A stretch of 49,972 nucleotides of DNA, filler included, from Sphacelaria rigidula (lineage: Eukaryota): NCBI GenBank assembly GCA_964200075.2. It is 3 parts of 3 records of this genome, joined end to end, with 100 filler letters (N's around TTAATTAATTAA, not from the genome) between each part and the next. Parts side by side here need not be neighbours in the genome. Positions count along the whole stretch, not along the records: positions 33,385 to 49,972 come from CAXNAA020001308.1; 2 more parts are not named here. One strand, written 5' to 3'. Positions within the stretch are counted from its first letter, which is position 1, and each line of letters begins with the position of its first letter. Below the pieces are notes generated by a model, which was not told where the DNA came from, made no database searches, and saw only the letters and a program-made list of their open reading frames with translations. Of the stretch, positions 46,650-49,972 are shown in pieces. A program made the position numbers and the translations under genes.

Positions 46650-46970
46650 CGTTTTATTTTCATTTATTCATTTATTTGTCGCACTTTTCACCCCTTCCCT
46701 TCCTCGAAATGAGTCCGTCGTCTCAAGGCACCAACCCATCTCTCCTCGGTACACGCCGTGCATTTTGGTCTCGCGGATTGGGTCATGACTATCAGCACTC
46801 CCGCACCGCGTTAACTCATGTCGAACGAACTCAGTCGACTACTTTGTTCACTCACGTTCTCACGCTTTCCAGGGTAGAAATCATACATTACGAAAAACCG
46901 AACGCATTGGGAACCGAACTCTTTTCTTTGCACCCTAATGGCGAAAGTCAGACCATTGCACCACCGGGGC
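46650..46970 (-). mobile_element. Apparently full-length tRNA-headed SINE family A
   Basis: Minus strand GCCCCGGTGGTGCAATGGTC...ACCCAATCCGCGAGACCAAAATG...AAAGTGCGACA plus AAT/A-rich tail; colinear with 17187-17520. Confidence 0.8.
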
Positions 46971-47036
46971 ACGGCAATTCACGGCAATTTTCCAGGGTTT
47001 CGGTTACTATGAATCACGGTTTCTGTTCGATCTTGA

Positions 47037-47135
47037 CCCTTAGACCGCGAGGCTAGTCTTCTGTTGAATCGGCATCAATGTCAAGTGAAAAAAAAGTATG
47101 CATGATCCAGAAAGACTAATCTCGCGGTCCAAGGG
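47037..47135 (+). mobile_element. 99-bp piggyBac-like MITE (cleanest copy)
   Basis: TTGA|CCCTTAGACCGCGAG ... CTCGCGGTCCAAGGG|TTAA; its 3' part is nearly identical to 33385-33421. Confidence 0.85.
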
Positions 47136-47499
47136 TTAAGCTTCGGGAATTGGGAGACATGAGTACCCGACACAAGTTTTGAGAAAAAAATGCAATATGC
47201 GACCAACCCCTTGATCAAGAGAAGGGCTTGCCTGTCTTCCGGGGTCCCACAAGTGTACAGTCGCCAGTTCTCACTCTTCGATATTCTCGCTCGACCGGCC
47301 GATTCGGGTCATTACCTTCTCGATATTTTTCGCGCTACAGTAGTAGTGGGCGGTCTAACTATTCAAGGGTGTTTTGGGGGGTTTTCTCGCGAACCACTGT
47401 TTGACAGAACTCGAAATTCCTGGCGTAGGTAAATTTTGGCTCAATAAACAGACCATCCTCGGAACACGGTGCCTAAGTCAGTGTTAGTTGGTGCTATCG

Positions 47500-48950
47500 A
47501 GTGATACGAGTAGATACCCCGTTTATCAGGAGGGTGTTATTGATCGTGAAACACTTTTTTTCGGCTCTAGTGCAATGAGTACATAAAATTTCAAATAAGT
47601 GAAACTGTACATTTCTTCACAAATATGATCGGGACAAGCTTGATTGACCGATAATACCGGAGAGGAAGAATTTGGGCTGAAACGTGGCAGGACCCCCGAT
47701 GACCGGTCATCCCGTAAGTCCCTCAATATTGAGTACAGAAGATACTTTTTTCTTGGAATGTGGAGCGGATACACATATCTTCAGATCCCCAAAGTAACAG
47801 GCGGTAATAAGCGAAAAGAGCCCAAGAAAATCGTCAATTACGGAAAAAAGACAAAATATCGCAAAATGAATAGTTGGACCGCCCACTACTGTACAGCCGA
47901 ACTAGTGTGTTTAGGCGCTATATGCGGTCAATAACGCTCCCTCGATGAACTCGGTGTCGTACCCATGACACAAAAGTATGCTTCCTGAGCACGAAGTGTT
48001 TCACTCGCCAACACTTACCGATTCTCATACTCCAGAGTGAAGGTGACAAATCGTCTGTGAAAAACTCCCGTTGAGTGAATTTTATCATTGTCGGCGATTT
48101 TCGAAAGTTTTTTTGAGTGCCACCGCTCATCCTAGCGAGCACTTGATCCCGCAGTTTAGAGATCGAGATATACAAGTCATCTGCTGCACATACCGCTCAA
48201 AATTAAGAGACTTACGGGCTGACTTGACAGGGGGTGTTATTGTCCGTTTTTGGTACGGAACACAATTATTTTCGGCTCCAGAGCGATGAATAGGTAAATA
48301 TAGGAAACGATGGTCCGTGGAATTATTCACGAGGGCGATCGAGGTTGTTTTACACCCCCGTGGGCTATGGGCTGGGCTATGCGGAGCTCGGTTGGGCAAG
48401 TTTCGTTTTGGGGTGATTTTCTGAATTTTCTCGTACAGTATTTTTCCTTAGCGCTCGAGAGCCCTAGCGTCGACAGACATTGGGAAAATGAGCAGGTCCT
48501 GCTCAGGACACAACCCTCAACTGATGTTGATGGGGTGATACGGAGTAAGTACGTCGTTTATCAGGGGGTGTTATCGACCGTAACTGGTAAAAAAAACACA
48601 CAGTTTTTCGGCTTCAGTGCAACGAATAGCTATAATTAAAAAAAAACAAAACATTAATTTTCATTTGTTTACAAGAATAATTGGGATTGCTCCAGTTGAG
48701 CAGAAACCTCAAAGGGTCAGAACCTGGGGCTGGGTAGTCAGTCGCATGACCCCCGATAATCGATCAGCCCGCAAGTCGTTTAATATTGAGTGGAGATGTG
48801 ATTTTGTTTCGAAATGTGAAGCGGATGCGTAGTATCTCCTGACCTCCGAACTTTGGGATCGAACGTTCACTGGGACCGACGGTGGCACGCAGAAGATTAT
48901 TGAAATCGCCAAGTACGAAAAAATCACGAAAATACCCTATTTCAGCTGAA
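47500..48950 (+). repeat. Nested copies of the 25060-25530 repeat family
   Basis: GTTTATCAGG(A/G)GGGTGTTAT and ACCCCCGAT...CCCG(C/T)AAGTC...AATATTGAGT at 47520-47735 and 48556-48790; an inverted fragment near 48200. Confidence 0.7.
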
Positions 48951-49972
48951 AACTACTGTAATACTAAAACGAAGAAGTTGGGACTTTGCACCTTTCAAGC
49001 CCACTTTGTCGTACAAAAGCCCGAATGTTCACGGTGATTCTTGGAGTTAGGCCGCTTCTCTTAGCCGGAGAAAGGTCACTGAAAAAATCTCATGAGATCA
49101 GTTTCCAGAAACTTTCATCAAGTCGCGACTTTATAGGGCCGTTTTCTATGGAAAAAATCTCTCTGGAAACGGCGGGATTTTTTCAGACAGCGATTTTTTT
49201 TCAAAATCTATTGCAAAAAAAAATGTCAGTTCTCGGTGAGATCAAATTGTTGGAAATGAGGCGCTCCATCATACACTCCTCGCACACCACACCACCCGCA
49301 GTGGACGCAATGGATATTAACGCAATAAATGTAGACGAGCTGGATAAAGATGACGTCGACATATCTTTACTGCATGACACTGTTCTTAAACGACAGGACC
49401 GCGTAAACTACGGGCACTGTCTGTAGGTGCTCAAGATACCCCGGCCCGAGAACCCCAATCTGGTAGCGTTAGTCAGGAAGAAGCTGGAATACCCATCGCG
49501 CGAGTTCTGAACACGGCACGACTATCGATGGTGTTCGCGATGTCGAAGAAGGAATTTGTATGCAATGTGTTGTTGCGTGCCGCCTGCTACTATGTGGATA
49601 TGGGTGTGAGTGAGTGATTGATGCGCGTGGATTTCACCCTGGATCCTGTTTTCAAGAAGCAAATTATGCAGGATGGCCACTACCACCGTCTGCACGCAGG
49701 CTAGACGATGGCCATGGGTGCACAAACCCCCCGGAATTTTTCACAAACTATGATAAAAGGCAGGGATCCTCTGAGAAAACTCACTGAAAGAAGTCGTCCC
49801 CCGTACATCTTTTCAGCGCCGTTTTCCAGACTAGATCAAGCCGCCTTCGACTCGGGAGATTTGCACACAGATACCGTGGGGCATTTCGGAACTTTTGACG
49901 AATGAGGTTTTTTCTCATTATTTTCGCCGGGTTTCGGGAACCCAATAACGGCATGTTACTCCGCAGGATCCT

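Overview
Intron-rich, repeat-dense eukaryotic nuclear DNA, most likely a photosynthetic stramenopile of brown-alga type (inference from multi-kb GT-AG introns, GTGAGT donors and a bipartite signal+F-motif plastid presequence). The window is not contiguous: it is three contigs (1-16593, 16694-33284, 33385-49972; 16593, 16591 and 16588 nt) joined by artificial 100-nt N44-TTAATTAATTAA-N44 spacers. Contig 1 holds a large-exon gene with a possible degenerate RhoGAP-like domain, an intronless short-chain dehydrogenase whose YxxxK motif reads DxxxK, and, divergently, the first coding exon of an EboF-like nucleotide pyrophosphatase/alkaline-phosphatase-superfamily gene. Contig 2 holds a decayed multi-exon relic and two exons of a plastid-targeted carotenoid-cleavage-oxygenase-family gene. 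Contig 3 holds the first exon of a probable secreted protein and the last exon of a YchF/OLA1 gene. The remainder is mostly non-autonomous transposons: piggyBac-like TTAA elements and ~100-bp MITEs, hAT-like MITEs with 8-bp TSDs, TA-flanked Tc1/mariner-like elements, foldbacks and at least three tRNA-headed SINE families. The best candidate for an undescribed system is the head-to-head atypical SDR / nuclear, intron-bearing eboF-like pair. Protein family calls are from motif recognition by eye and repeat boundaries are approximate unless stated.
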